A model generated the notes under the pieces. It made no database searches. It was not told where the DNA came from and worked only from the letters and a program-made list of their open reading frames with translations. Of a stretch of DNA of 26,623 nucleotides, positions 1 through 8,583 are shown in pieces. Location: positions 1 through 26,623 of IMG/VR virus record IMGVR_UViG_3300025769_000695, one strand, 5' to 3'. The position numbers and the translations under genes were made by a program. This DNA comes from a virus. Its lineage: Duplodnaviria; Caudoviricetes. The first letter of the stretch is position 1, and every line of letters begins with the position of its first letter.

Positions 1-514
1 ATTCTCCTTGATGGCTTGCGCTTGATTGCGTTGCATACGTTCCGCTACTTGCAACATACCATCTATAAAGTCTTATAAGAGAATCAGGAAGCGCAACCGG
101 CGTAAGACCGTTCATAGTTACTGTGTTCGAAGTGATAACTAACTCACCTGCCACCTCTTTTAGCCCTTCGTAATACACCGTTCTAGCTCCAATACCCGAA
201 GCATTATCATCTGCACTATTAGAAACAATTTCTAGCGCCGTATTTGAGGTTGGCATTCTATAAAATCCCGATTGTGTAATTGGTGCAAACGTACTTCCTA
301 CATTAGCATTTCTCCCAAACTTATGTATAATGCTAAAATTAGGCACATTACCCAAAGACATTTCAACGTGGAAATCCAAGACTTTTTTATAGTAATCTCG
401 GTGTGAGTTATATACATAATCTGCCCTATTTACGTAAGTATTATTCTCACGCAACATGCGCCCAGTTTCCTTGTGCATCTTGGTTATGCCGTATGTGCCA
501 AAATCATCTGCCAT
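1..514 (-). CDS. Putative virion structural protein, 3'-truncated by the window edge (not in ORF track)
   Basis: ATG at 514 overlaps the end of the 504..953 gene; frame MADDFGTYGITKMHKETGRMLRENN...IHKFGRNANVGSTFAP...DDNASGIGARTV... stays open to the window edge; lies in the head-tail block. Confidence 0.7.
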   Translation of the reverse strand, partial: MADDFGTYGITKMHKETGRMLRENNTYVNRADYVYNSHRDYYKKVLDFHVEMSLGNVPNFSIIHKFGRNANVGSTFAPITQSGFYRMPTSNTALEIVSNSADDNASGIGARTVYYEGLKEVAGELVITSNTVTMNGLTPVALPDSLIRLYRWYVASSGTYATQSSASHQGE

Positions 515-953
515 TGGTAATCTTTCTTAATGATTTTAGTAACTCTTTTTTTTCTTTTTCAAAGGCAGGGAAAAGGTAGGGCCTAGGTGGAACACCGCCA
601 GGCCCACCATCTGATTTTTTAAACTGTATTGCTACCTCTGAGTAATCTACACCGCTTATTGTGGTGTTTACTTTTTCCCTTGTACCGAACTCAACATACG
701 GTGCATATTCTACATTGGTGTGTACGGCGCGCCCAAGGCTGCCAAGTTTTTCAGTTTTTATGCTGCTTTGTAGTACACCGGTATCAACTGGCACTGCTTT
801 TTTTGCGTTGCTTTCTATATTTAAAGCATGGTAGTTAAGTGCCAACTCGGCTTTAGCTTGTACATCTTTTTTCATGCCTTGCACCTGGCCTATAACTCTT
901 TGCAGTTGTGCGCTATTTACATCAGCCCTAAGCATCAACTTCCTCAACTGCAA
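504..953 (-). CDS. HK97 gp10-like neck/tail component
   Basis: AKKAVPVDTGVLQSSI, TNVEYAPYVEFGT and PRPYLFPA motifs; follows the head-closure gene. Confidence 0.85.
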   Translation of the reverse strand: MQLRKLMLRADVNSAQLQRVIGQVQGMKKDVQAKAELALNYHALNIESNAKKAVPVDTGVLQSSIKTEKLGSLGRAVHTNVEYAPYVEFGTREKVNTTISGVDYSEVAIQFKKSDGGPGGVPPRPYLFPAFEKEKKELLKSLRKITNGR

Positions 954-1302
954 TTAACTCTGTATAACCCTGGTTTTCACCTTTGTCGCGCGCATACTCT
1001 ATATTAAAAGTTCGCCCATCATATATGGCACGCAACAAATAATCATACGTGGCTCTACTGTAACCCTGGCTAATAAAATCATCACGGTATCGTGTTGTGA
1101 TTCTATATTTTACTTTGCCTTTTAAACCACCAACTTCATAACTTTCGTAGCCACTGAATGCAGCTACTTTTGCCCAAACAGTTACAAGGTTATTCCATTC
1201 CTGCGTGTTGCCACCCATGCCATCGGAAGTGAGGGAGTAATATTGGAACTGTACCCTCTGTTTCATTAAACCTACGTTGCCTTGTCTGTCTTTGGTTTTC
1301 AT
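928..1302 (-). CDS. Head closure / head-tail adaptor (SPP1 gp16-like)
   Basis: DGMGG...W....TVWAKV, ITTRYR and YDGRTFNI motifs; synteny. Confidence 0.85.
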   Translation of the reverse strand: MKTKDRQGNVGLMKQRVQFQYYSLTSDGMGGNTQEWNNLVTVWAKVAAFSGYESYEVGGLKGKVKYRITTRYRDDFISQGYSRATYDYLLRAIYDGRTFNIEYARDKGENQGYTELIAVEEVDA

Positions 1303-1305
1303 TCA

Positions 1306-1911
1306 TTATATAAATTTGGTGTATTTTTTAAAATATGTTTTAGAACTATTCGGCAATACACTTACTGAACCTTCTACCAAATCTTGTCTATCTTCGTAAG
1401 CTGATAGCACTGCTTTTTTTAAACCAACCGTAATGCCACTAGGTATGCTAGTAAAACCCGCAGTGTACACAACTTTTAATCGCAACCTTTGGTACGGCGC
1501 ATCATAACCATGTACAGTATTAAATACCAGTGTATCACCAGTTAAATAAAAATCGTCCCCGGCAGTCAATATAGTTTCAGTGCCTTCGTGATTTATGGTT
1601 TTGACAGAACTCACCGACTGTACCGGGAACAAAGGTAAATCAACACGCGCCGAATAAGTTTCATATTCAGCCGTTACGGTTTTTTCTATAAGCTGAAAGC
1701 TATACTGCTGCTCAACTGTATTTATTGTTTCTGTCACCAAGCTTGCAATCAAACTGTCATCATCACTTGTTTCTACCTTCATCCAGGATTTTGCGTCTGC
1801 CGTGCTAAGTACATCAGATGGAGTATTTGTACCAGTTGCAACGCTACTTACCGTTACAACGCCATTTAGGCCGTAGTCCGGTGTTCTTATGCTGCTTCTA
1901 AGAAAGGCCAT
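1306..1911 (-). CDS. Head-tail connector (HK97 gp6 / phiE125 gp8-like)
   Basis: AKSWMKVETSDDDSLIASL, LPLFPVQSVSSV, VVYTAGF and YEDR motifs; GGAGGAG upstream. Confidence 0.85.
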   Translation of the reverse strand: MAFLRSSIRTPDYGLNGVVTVSSVATGTNTPSDVLSTADAKSWMKVETSDDDSLIASLVTETINTVEQQYSFQLIEKTVTAEYETYSARVDLPLFPVQSVSSVKTINHEGTETILTAGDDFYLTGDTLVFNTVHGYDAPYQRLRLKVVYTAGFTSIPSGITVGLKKAVLSAYEDRQDLVEGSVSVLPNSSKTYFKKYTKFI

Positions 1912-2182
1912 TTAACTCCTCCATAAGTTTTTGTGCTTTTGCCTGGCTTAACCTATCTATAATCTGATTACCGCGCTTTACATAGTACATAGTCTTGGTG
2001 TTTACATCTTTTTCTAAATGCACCTTATCTGTAACATTGTAAGCTCTTTTATCTTCCTTTGTTTCGTAAAGTAGGCCTCGGCTTAGCATGCTATTTATAG
2101 TTACGCTATCTGCTTTGAATGGTTGGTCTATTTTGTACGGTGTTTTTCCGTGTCTAAAATTTTTTCTGCAACGGTAAGGCAT
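1898..2182 (-). CDS. Hypothetical protein downstream of capsid
   Basis: ORF track 1898..2236; the ATG at 2182 (MPYRCRKNF) is preferred because the longer start runs through a structured RNA element. Confidence 0.65.
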   Translation of the reverse strand: MPYRCRKNFRHGKTPYKIDQPFKADSVTINSMLSRGLLYETKEDKRAYNVTDKVHLEKDVNTKTMYYVKRGNQIIDRLSQAKAQKLMEELNGLS

Positions 2183-2200
2183 GGCAATAAATTTAGTTAG

Positions 2201-2244
2201 AAGGAAGGGCAGGAATCGAACCTGCCCAAGTTCCAAACTTCCTT
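2201..2244 (-). ncRNA. Mini tRNA-like element (acceptor-like stem plus T-arm), not a full tRNA
   Basis: Minus strand AAGGAAG-TTTGGAACTTG-GGCAGG TTCGATT CCTGCC-CTTCCTT; canonical GGTTCGATTCC T-loop. Confidence 0.5.
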
Positions 2245-2287
2245 GGGCAATTTTAAGAATTACCGTTGGGCAATTTTAAGAATTACC
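2243..2287. repeat. 22-bp perfect tandem direct repeat (period 23) spanning the capsid stop codon
   Basis: ttgggcaattttaagaattacc at 2243-2264 and 2266-2287. Confidence 0.9.
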
Positions 2288-3505
2288 TGCATTAGTGATG
2301 GCAGAAGTAAAGTTACCGAACGCACCTGCATTGGGTAGGTAAGTTGGTAAAGCTAAACGGCCACTAATTTGTACAGTTACCAAGTCTTTGATAACGTTAT
2401 CTTGGTCTTGCTCGTAGAAACGAACTTGTACGCTCTCGCGGTCAAACAAGGTAGTAAGCTGCGGGAAGTCAGCTACTAAGAAGTCATTCGCGCTTCCATC
2501 GGTGTCGTTAATTGCATTGGTTGCAATAATAGGTACGCCGCGCACAACTGGTGTACGAGTACCAAACACAACATCGTTAGGGAAAATGTAACGACCGTCA
2601 GCATCTTTTCTACGTATCATTTCATAGAATCGACCAATACCCATCATAATTGCAGATGGTCGGTAGTTACGATTTTCAACTTGCTTAATAGCTTCTAGCA
2701 ATACATCATGCTCGGTTGCATCAGCATCACCAGTGTATAGGTCTAGCGTGTAATCAGTAGAAGTAACAGTAAGCCCATAAGTGCTATCGTATAACAACCA
2801 TGAATCTTCTTCCTTCATGTACTTTTCTAAACCACGTAAGCTAATGTGGCTTGCAAGGCCGGCAGTATCATTAAGCGCTTCTTTCGATACGCGGAAATGT
2901 GCAGCAATTTTTTCAACCACTGCATCAGTAGCTACCAAATCAAAGTCGTTCTGTAACGATGCGTCACCCTCAGCAACTACACCAGTGTTATCAGTAAAGT
3001 TGGTTTCTTTAATGTAACGGATTTTATCGCTATTGGTTGTACCATTTGGTAGGAACTGTCGCACATGCGTTTTACGCTCTGCATCGTACTTAATACCTGC
3101 AACATAGTCAGCAGGAACAACATCGCCGGTATAGGCACTGGCTTCAGTTATAACCGCTTTGGTGTCCATTGTAAAACCGCTTATGCTACCTGCTTTGAAT
3201 GCAGCCATTTGCTCTTGTACGGTTTTAGATTCTAGGGCTTCTTGCAACACATTTTTAACGTTTGCAGGCTTTTGCGCGCCGCTTAGTCTTTTTTGTGAAA
3301 GCTCGATGCCTTCTAGTCGTTCTTTTTGGCTGCTGATTAAATCTTCAATGTTTTTGATTTCAGCTTTAGTTGCTGCATCAGCTTCGCCCGCAAGTTTTAC
3401 TTGCTCTTGTAATTTATCGTAGCGGGTTTCTAAATCGCCTTTAAGCACGTCCATGTGGCTTTTTACCGACTCTAGCCCTTCCGATAAGGTTTTTTCTAAG
3501 TCCAT
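2276..3505 (-). CDS. Major capsid protein, HK97 family, with N-terminal coiled-coil (delta) domain
   Basis: 409 aa; VAEG, KIAAHFRVSKEALND, KDADGRYI and GVPIIATNA motifs; AAGGAG SD; directly after the prohead protease. Confidence 0.92.
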   Translation of the reverse strand: MDLEKTLSEGLESVKSHMDVLKGDLETRYDKLQEQVKLAGEADAATKAEIKNIEDLISSQKERLEGIELSQKRLSGAQKPANVKNVLQEALESKTVQEQMAAFKAGSISGFTMDTKAVITEASAYTGDVVPADYVAGIKYDAERKTHVRQFLPNGTTNSDKIRYIKETNFTDNTGVVAEGDASLQNDFDLVATDAVVEKIAAHFRVSKEALNDTAGLASHISLRGLEKYMKEEDSWLLYDSTYGLTVTSTDYTLDLYTGDADATEHDVLLEAIKQVENRNYRPSAIMMGIGRFYEMIRRKDADGRYIFPNDVVFGTRTPVVRGVPIIATNAINDTDGSANDFLVADFPQLTTLFDRESVQVRFYEQDQDNVIKDLVTVQISGRLALPTYLPNAGAFGNFTSAITNAGNS

Positions 3506-5067
3506 TTGGTGAACTCCTTTTCTAATTTTAGTTGGTTGTTAAATTTATCGAACAAACCTTTTATCGCATCGGCTTCAACTTTACTCGGAGTGGCTAGAGC
3601 CGGCTCGTTAGGCTGAAGTGAATTCTTTAAGTTTTGTTCTAGGTGTTTTAGTTGTGCTTCTATAAGTAGGAAAGTATCATCAGTGTAATCCCCACTATAA
3701 AATGCTTTACTAAGTTCTTTAAATTTTTCCACTCGGTCAAGTATTGTACCTTTAGCCATGCCACCAATACTTAACTCGTTTGCACCCCAAGTAACTGTGC
3801 TGCCTTCCCACATGCGCACCTCTTTTACTTCGTATGCATCATCTTGGCTATTATAATCACGCTGCACAAAGTTTATACCAACACTGTGTTCCTTTAAAAT
3901 GCCATCACGGTACAATTTTAAAACATCTGTACCCAGTGTTGTATCAGCTATCATTGTACGAAAGTACAAACCTTTTTCATCTTCCATTAAAGCCATTGGC
4001 TTGCCAAGTACTTGTAATGGGTCATGCTGATATAAGTGCATAATTCTGTTACTACCATTTGGCCCATTTTCTTTAATGGTTTTTTCGTAGCAACCCTTTA
4101 GCATTACATCACCATCACTGTCCTTAAAGTCAAAAACACTGTAATAGCCTTCGACTATTCTGCGGTCAACATCTACGCCCTTAATGGTGGCGGTTGTATC
4201 TTTTGTTATCCATGGTAGTTGCATAGTTTTACCCTGCCTTTGTTCTTCTAGTTGTATATTACGGTCGTGGCTACTACAAGCCATAAAATATTGCTCCCCA
4301 TCTAATGTGTGTACATGCGTGCCCTGGCAGCCCAGGTACTGCGCATATTCTTCAGCCTCTTCCCTTGTTCTAAAATAAGCTAATTCCGGTTCTTTTTTCT
4401 GTAAATTTGTTGGCATACTTTTACTGCTCATTGGGTGGCCTTTTGGTAGTAAATCGGTATCATGTTTGCCGCTTTTGAACTTTCCATTCCGCAGCGCATA
4501 TAAAAAAGAATTAACCCTGCCCATCGCCCATTGTTGCGCACTTGTTACATTTGGGCGCACGCTTTGTGGGTTACCTCTGTAAGCACCTATACCTCTGTCA
4601 TAAACTTTTTTAAGCGTTGTTGCGTTAGTACTTTTACTTGCCGCATTATTTACACTTTCATTGTGTTCCTTTGCTTTATCACGCAGCGTATCCATTAACG
4701 CTTTTTGTTCACTTTCTTCGGCCTGGCTTTTATGGTGCATGTACTCCGCATCTAGCGCCTTTTTTTCTTCATCAATTTGTTGGCTTTTACGTATCGCCCA
4801 GTCCACACCTTCCGTACCACCCCAAGCATCCCACATAAGGCCACCGCAACCCTCATCATACGGCACATCTTTGTTCTGCCTATGCCGGTTAAAACTTGCC
4901 ATTCTTTTAACTGTGCGCTCACTAAGGCTTTCTCTGTTTGCCAACTGGTTAGCCCTTTGCCACCCAACTGGTGTGCCACACCCTCTAGGGTTGCCACTTT
5001 CCTCGCGGTACTTTAGTGCGCGTTTAGCGTTTGTGGTTGCTGCTTTTGGATAATCGTTATAGGACAT
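3496..5067 (-). CDS. HK97-family prohead protease with about 280 aa of multi-domain N-terminal extension
   Basis: C-terminal EGYYSVF..KDSDGD, HLYQHD, EDEKGLYF, EHSVG and WEGSTVTWGAN motifs; ATG at 5067 (ORF track starts at TTG 5073). Confidence 0.88.
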   Translation of the reverse strand: MSYNDYPKAATTNAKRALKYREESGNPRGCGTPVGWQRANQLANRESLSERTVKRMASFNRHRQNKDVPYDEGCGGLMWDAWGGTEGVDWAIRKSQQIDEEKKALDAEYMHHKSQAEESEQKALMDTLRDKAKEHNESVNNAASKSTNATTLKKVYDRGIGAYRGNPQSVRPNVTSAQQWAMGRVNSFLYALRNGKFKSGKHDTDLLPKGHPMSSKSMPTNLQKKEPELAYFRTREEAEEYAQYLGCQGTHVHTLDGEQYFMACSSHDRNIQLEEQRQGKTMQLPWITKDTTATIKGVDVDRRIVEGYYSVFDFKDSDGDVMLKGCYEKTIKENGPNGSNRIMHLYQHDPLQVLGKPMALMEDEKGLYFRTMIADTTLGTDVLKLYRDGILKEHSVGINFVQRDYNSQDDAYEVKEVRMWEGSTVTWGANELSIGGMAKGTILDRVEKFKELSKAFYSGDYTDDTFLLIEAQLKHLEQNLKNSLQPNEPALATPSKVEADAIKGLFDKFNNQLKLEKEFTKWT

Positions 5068-5156
5068 AAGCAATTTTATTTGGATTTAAAGTACGAATTT
5101 TTTACACCATTTAACAATTTTGTATATTAGTTTGTAATTATGTACTAAATTTTATT

Positions 5157-5282
5157 ATGGAAAAAGTAATATACAGAGTGCAGGAACAGTTAGATAATAA
5201 TTGGGCGGTAGAAAAATCCGACATACAATTATTACTGATGTTTGCTATTTGTTATTGGAAACAAGTGAGTGAACAACATTAG
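5157..5282 (+). CDS. Possible small opposite-strand protein (41 aa)
   Basis: MEKVIYRVQEQLDNNWAVEKSDIQLLLMFAICYWKQVSEQH; fills most of the 5068-5244 gap; promoter-like TTTACA-N16-TATATT at 5101-5128. Confidence 0.4.
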   Translation: MEKVIYRVQEQLDNNWAVEKSDIQLLLMFAICYWKQVSEQH

Positions 5283-5910
5283 CTAACTCGTTCTGCCTGG
5301 TGTTTTTTTGCTCCCTGCGGTGTATGCTGCCACGCAGGTGGCTTTCTGCGCTCTTTATCCAAAAAATTTTATGCTGCAAACATATAATCCGCACACCTTT
5401 TTTTGCCAGTTCTAGCGCCGCCATTAAATCGCTCATTCTATAATCTTGCCAGGTAGTTGCATCAAATTTTATAGTGTCTGTGTGGAACGCGCTAACACCA
5501 GTGCCCGGCACATCTATTTGGTAATCACCATCAACATTACGTAAACACTGGTATGTTATATGGCCAGTATAATAAGGCAGGTTAAGACCGCGCAACTTGC
5601 GGCCATGAAATGTAAGCCATGTGCCTGGGTATTTTTTTAGCGCGCGTTTTATTGTAGCCACATAGTCGGGTGGGTAATATAAATCATCATCGCAGCTTAG
5701 GTAAATGCCCTTGCTTTGTGGTAGCCAAAAAAATTTAGCGTTATCGGTATAGTCTGTACCAGTATATACTTTAACATTATCGCCTTTTAATTTGGGTGTG
5801 TAGTCATTACCATATACCCGCACGGTATCAACTTGGTGTCTTAGGCTATCTACTACACCTTGCAGGGTAGATTTCCGCGCTTCTATTGTGGCAAGGTTAG
5901 CAGTAATCAT
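5245..5910 (-). CDS. Glycosyltransferase, GT-A fold (GT2-like)
   Basis: ITANLATIEARK start, YLSCDDDLYYPPDYV (DxD), PGTGVSAFH, MSDL. Confidence 0.78.
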   Translation of the reverse strand: MITANLATIEARKSTLQGVVDSLRHQVDTVRVYGNDYTPKLKGDNVKVYTGTDYTDNAKFFWLPQSKGIYLSCDDDLYYPPDYVATIKRALKKYPGTWLTFHGRKLRGLNLPYYTGHITYQCLRNVDGDYQIDVPGTGVSAFHTDTIKFDATTWQDYRMSDLMAALELAKKGVRIICLQHKIFWIKSAESHLRGSIHRREQKNTRQNELANVVHSLVSNNK

Positions 5911-6470
5911 TTTAGCACCGCTATGTAATCACTTTTGTATTGGCGCACTTTGTAACCGGAGCGCATTAGTCTGTTTTTTACTTTAGCTATATCCCCTGGC
6001 CTGGTAAGGTGGTTAGCTTCGAACACAATATTTTCGGGCTTAATGTTTACCGTATCTAAAAAGTCGTTAAGTATAATACAGTCGTGGCCTTCGGTATCTA
6101 TTTTTAACGTGGTAATTTTTTTTATTTTATGTTTTTGCAGCACTGTTTTTATACGCTCAACCTTTACCTCAGATTTTTTTATATACTGCAAACCTGCCTG
6201 GCCAAGCTTGTTTATAAGAAGCCCAGTAATTGTTGGGTGTGGTTTATTAACAGAGTTACAACCCCTGGCCCATTTAGGCAGGCCTAAAAGTTCTATATCT
6301 TCCGGCTGCATATAATAAACCCATAGCGTTCCTCTGTAATTGCTTATGGCTATGTTTTCTTTTCTGCATGCAGGCAATAAATCATAATAGCATTTTACTG
6401 GCTCTATAAATAGCCCATCTTCTAAGCCTGCTCTAGTTCTAAAATCGCTTGTGCCTATTTCGACTATCAT
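5907..6470 (-). CDS. FkbM-family SAM methyltransferase
   Basis: VEIGTSDF, FIEPV, ENIAIS, LKIDTEGHDCIIL and IVFE motifs. Confidence 0.8.
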   Translation of the reverse strand: MIVEIGTSDFRTRAGLEDGLFIEPVKCYYDLLPACRKENIAISNYRGTLWVYYMQPEDIELLGLPKWARGCNSVNKPHPTITGLLINKLGQAGLQYIKKSEVKVERIKTVLQKHKIKKITTLKIDTEGHDCIILNDFLDTVNIKPENIVFEANHLTRPGDIAKVKNRLMRSGYKVRQYKSDYIAVLK

Positions 6471-6472
6471 AC

Positions 6473-6640
6473 CTATTGTTTAATTTTGCCCAATAAATCT
6501 TCTACTTTTTGCTCAACAAATATTACCGTATCGGTTTTGGTAGCTATAAAGTAAAATATCAGTATCAAGGTTATTTGCCAATCATATAACAGTGATAGTA
6601 ATACACAAAATATTCCCGATAGAATGCCTAGTTTATTCAT
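6473..6640 (-). CDS. Small predicted membrane protein (55 aa; not in ORF track)
   Basis: MNKLGILSGIFCVLLSLLYDWQITLILIFYFIATK...KIKQ; ATGA overlap with the upstream gene; fills the gap. Confidence 0.6.
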   Translation of the reverse strand: MNKLGILSGIFCVLLSLLYDWQITLILIFYFIATKTDTVIFVEQKVEDLLGKIKQ

Positions 6641-7281
6641 TTGCTTATTAGTGGTTGTATTTTTCTTAACTGTGGGTGCATCTTGCTTTCATGCTCGCCG
6701 TGGTAACATAATGATTTTTGCGGTATGTACATAGGAATGAACTTTTTATAAAGTTTGCGGCTTTGTGTAAGGCCAACACCACTGCTTGCACCAGGTCTTC
6801 TAAACCTAAATGCGCTCACAAAATCTTGCTCAAAATTTATTGCTTCTAGCGTTGCTCTATTAGTAAAATAACCACAATCAACATAGCTTACTCGCACGCT
6901 ATTTATCCCGGCTACTGAAACTGGCTTGTGTACCACTGGTGTCCAACACGGTGGCCGCCCATCATTTAAAAGATTATAAACGTACTTGCCTTCTGTGTTT
7001 TGGTAAATATGTTGTATGGTATTGTGGTTTATGTGTAAAAAGTCATCGGGTATAAACAAGAAAAAATCATCGCTACTTTGCTTGCATATTTCGAATGCGT
7101 ATTGCCAGTTTATGTAGTATTGCTCGCGGCCTTTATGGCGCAGCCTATGAAAGTAACTCTTGCGCAATAAAGGCATGCAATCAAAAGTAGAGCCATCATC
7201 TATTACATAGGGTTTTTCCGGGCATTGGTCTATAACCTGCTCCAACATATCCGGCCTATTGTAACTAAATATTATAATCAA
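6637..7281 (-). CDS. Glycosyltransferase family 2-like
   Basis: IIIFSYNRPDML, VIDDGS, FLFIPDDF; a TTG start at 7281 overlapping the upstream TGA is preferred to 7329. Confidence 0.78.
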   Translation of the reverse strand: MIIIFSYNRPDMLEQVIDQCPEKPYVIDDGSTFDCMPLLRKSYFHRLRHKGREQYYINWQYAFEICKQSSDDFFLFIPDDFLHINHNTIQHIYQNTEGKYVYNLLNDGRPPCWTPVVHKPVSVAGINSVRVSYVDCGYFTNRATLEAINFEQDFVSAFRFRRPGASSGVGLTQSRKLYKKFIPMYIPQKSLCYHGEHESKMHPQLRKIQPLISK

Positions 7282-8216
7282 GTAAGAAACTCCGGTTTTA
7301 TTGGCTCGTAAATTATTGTGCAACGGCAATTAATTGTATTACCAGGGCTTGCGCCTTGGCTACTATCGCCAGGGTACTGCATGGGCTCACCATTAACATC
7401 GAAGTTGCCTTTAAGTTCAGTAGCTTTTTGGCCATCCATTATTATGTGGTCAAACTTGCCAACTGCAAAACTTCTAGTGCGCCCATCTATTGTGCTTAAC
7501 CAAACTTTAGAAGCAGCAACACCGCTTGCCTGCGCGCCCAATAAAGAACCCGCATTACTTGCAGCAACAATTTCAGTACGGCCAATGGTCATACCACGTT
7601 TTATACTAAACCCATAATCCTGGCGCAACTGTGACGCAAATTTTGGCACTGGTGTACCATCTTTTAAAGCATTATAGGCCAGGGCCTCTATACGCCTTTG
7701 AGTAAATGCAGTTACACCGACTATTTTAGTAGTGGTGCTGCTAGCTTGTAAAAACTCACTGCCATTTAGCCACTGCGAAACTAAAATATCCCAATTTACA
7801 TTGGTTTTACGTTGTTGTGTTAGTAAGTAATTATAAGTGTCGCGCGCAAAAGTTGGCATAGCATTTTGGTACACATCTAGGTACGCCGCTTGTATAGGTT
7901 CGGTAGTTACAACACCAGTTAAGTCAATATCTATACTGCCAAGCCTTTCTACTTCCTTGAGGTACGCATCTAGCTGCTTTAATAATGCGGCATGGAATTT
8001 ACGCGCAGCACTTTTTTCATACCTGCGCCGCTTACTTTCTATGGCTTTAAATGCCATGTATTTTTTATGGTGTTCCAGTTTGTTTGCTTCAGCATACTGG
8101 TTGTAACAAATTGCAACGGCTTGTTCTTGCGGTGTACCCTCATCAACTAAAAATGTTACACACCTGCCCATAAATGTGCTTTGTGGTTCGCCGCTATTTG
8201 GTTTAGGTATGGGCAT
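7278..8216 (-). CDS. Head morphogenesis / minor capsid protein (SPP1 gp7 / Mu gpF family)
   Basis: TIGRTE, KVWLSTIDGRTR, H..MDG, YPGD and NTINCRC motifs; start MPIPKP at 8216, downstream of the terminator. Confidence 0.85.
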   Translation of the reverse strand: MPIPKPNSGEPQSTFMGRCVTFLVDEGTPQEQAVAICYNQYAEANKLEHHKKYMAFKAIESKRRRYEKSAARKFHAALLKQLDAYLKEVERLGSIDIDLTGVVTTEPIQAAYLDVYQNAMPTFARDTYNYLLTQQRKTNVNWDILVSQWLNGSEFLQASSTTTKIVGVTAFTQRRIEALAYNALKDGTPVPKFASQLRQDYGFSIKRGMTIGRTEIVAASNAGSLLGAQASGVAASKVWLSTIDGRTRSFAVGKFDHIIMDGQKATELKGNFDVNGEPMQYPGDSSQGASPGNTINCRCTIIYEPIKPEFLT

Positions 8217-8219
8217 GGT

Positions 8220-8255
8220 AAAAAAAATACCAGGGCTATTCACACCCCGGTATTT
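8220..8255 (-). terminator. Rho-independent terminator after the portal/lysis genes
   Basis: AAATACCGGGGT-GTGAATA-GCCCTGGTATTT followed by a T run. Confidence 0.75.
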
Positions 8256-8277
8256 ATGTTAAACATACTTAATGGAA

Positions 8278-8583
8278 TTATGAGTCAAGAAGTTGTTGTA
8301 AAACCTGCATAAACTGCTCCACATCATCGGGTGTTAGCCAACCCATAACAAGTGCAGTCGTAAGCATTATTGCCACAATGTTGCGCAGCGTAAATGCTTC
8401 TAGAATTTCTTTCTTAGTTTGCTCCCACTGGCCCTGAAAAATAGCTTTAATCGCTTTGCCCAAGAATTGGTTAGGCAGTGGCAATATGTCGAGTGCGCCG
8501 TGCAACACTTCCCCGGCTTTGTTTTCGCCTCCGGCAGTTTGTTGTATGATACGTACAATTTTCCAGTCCTTTATTTTAGTCAT
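8278..8583 (-). CDS. Holin-like membrane protein (lysis cluster)
   Basis: One hydrophobic segment (IVAIMLTTALVMGWL); cotranscribed with the endolysin. Confidence 0.45.
   Translation of the reverse strand: MTKIKDWKIVRIIQQTAGGENKAGEVLHGALDILPLPNQFLGKAIKAIFQGQWEQTKKEILEAFTLRNIVAIMLTTALVMGWLTPDDVEQFMQVLQQLLDS

Noticed and set aside
2201-2244. Complete tRNA gene
   Set aside because: Only a T-arm and an acceptor-like stem; no D or anticodon arm and no CCA. Kept as a tRNA-like element.
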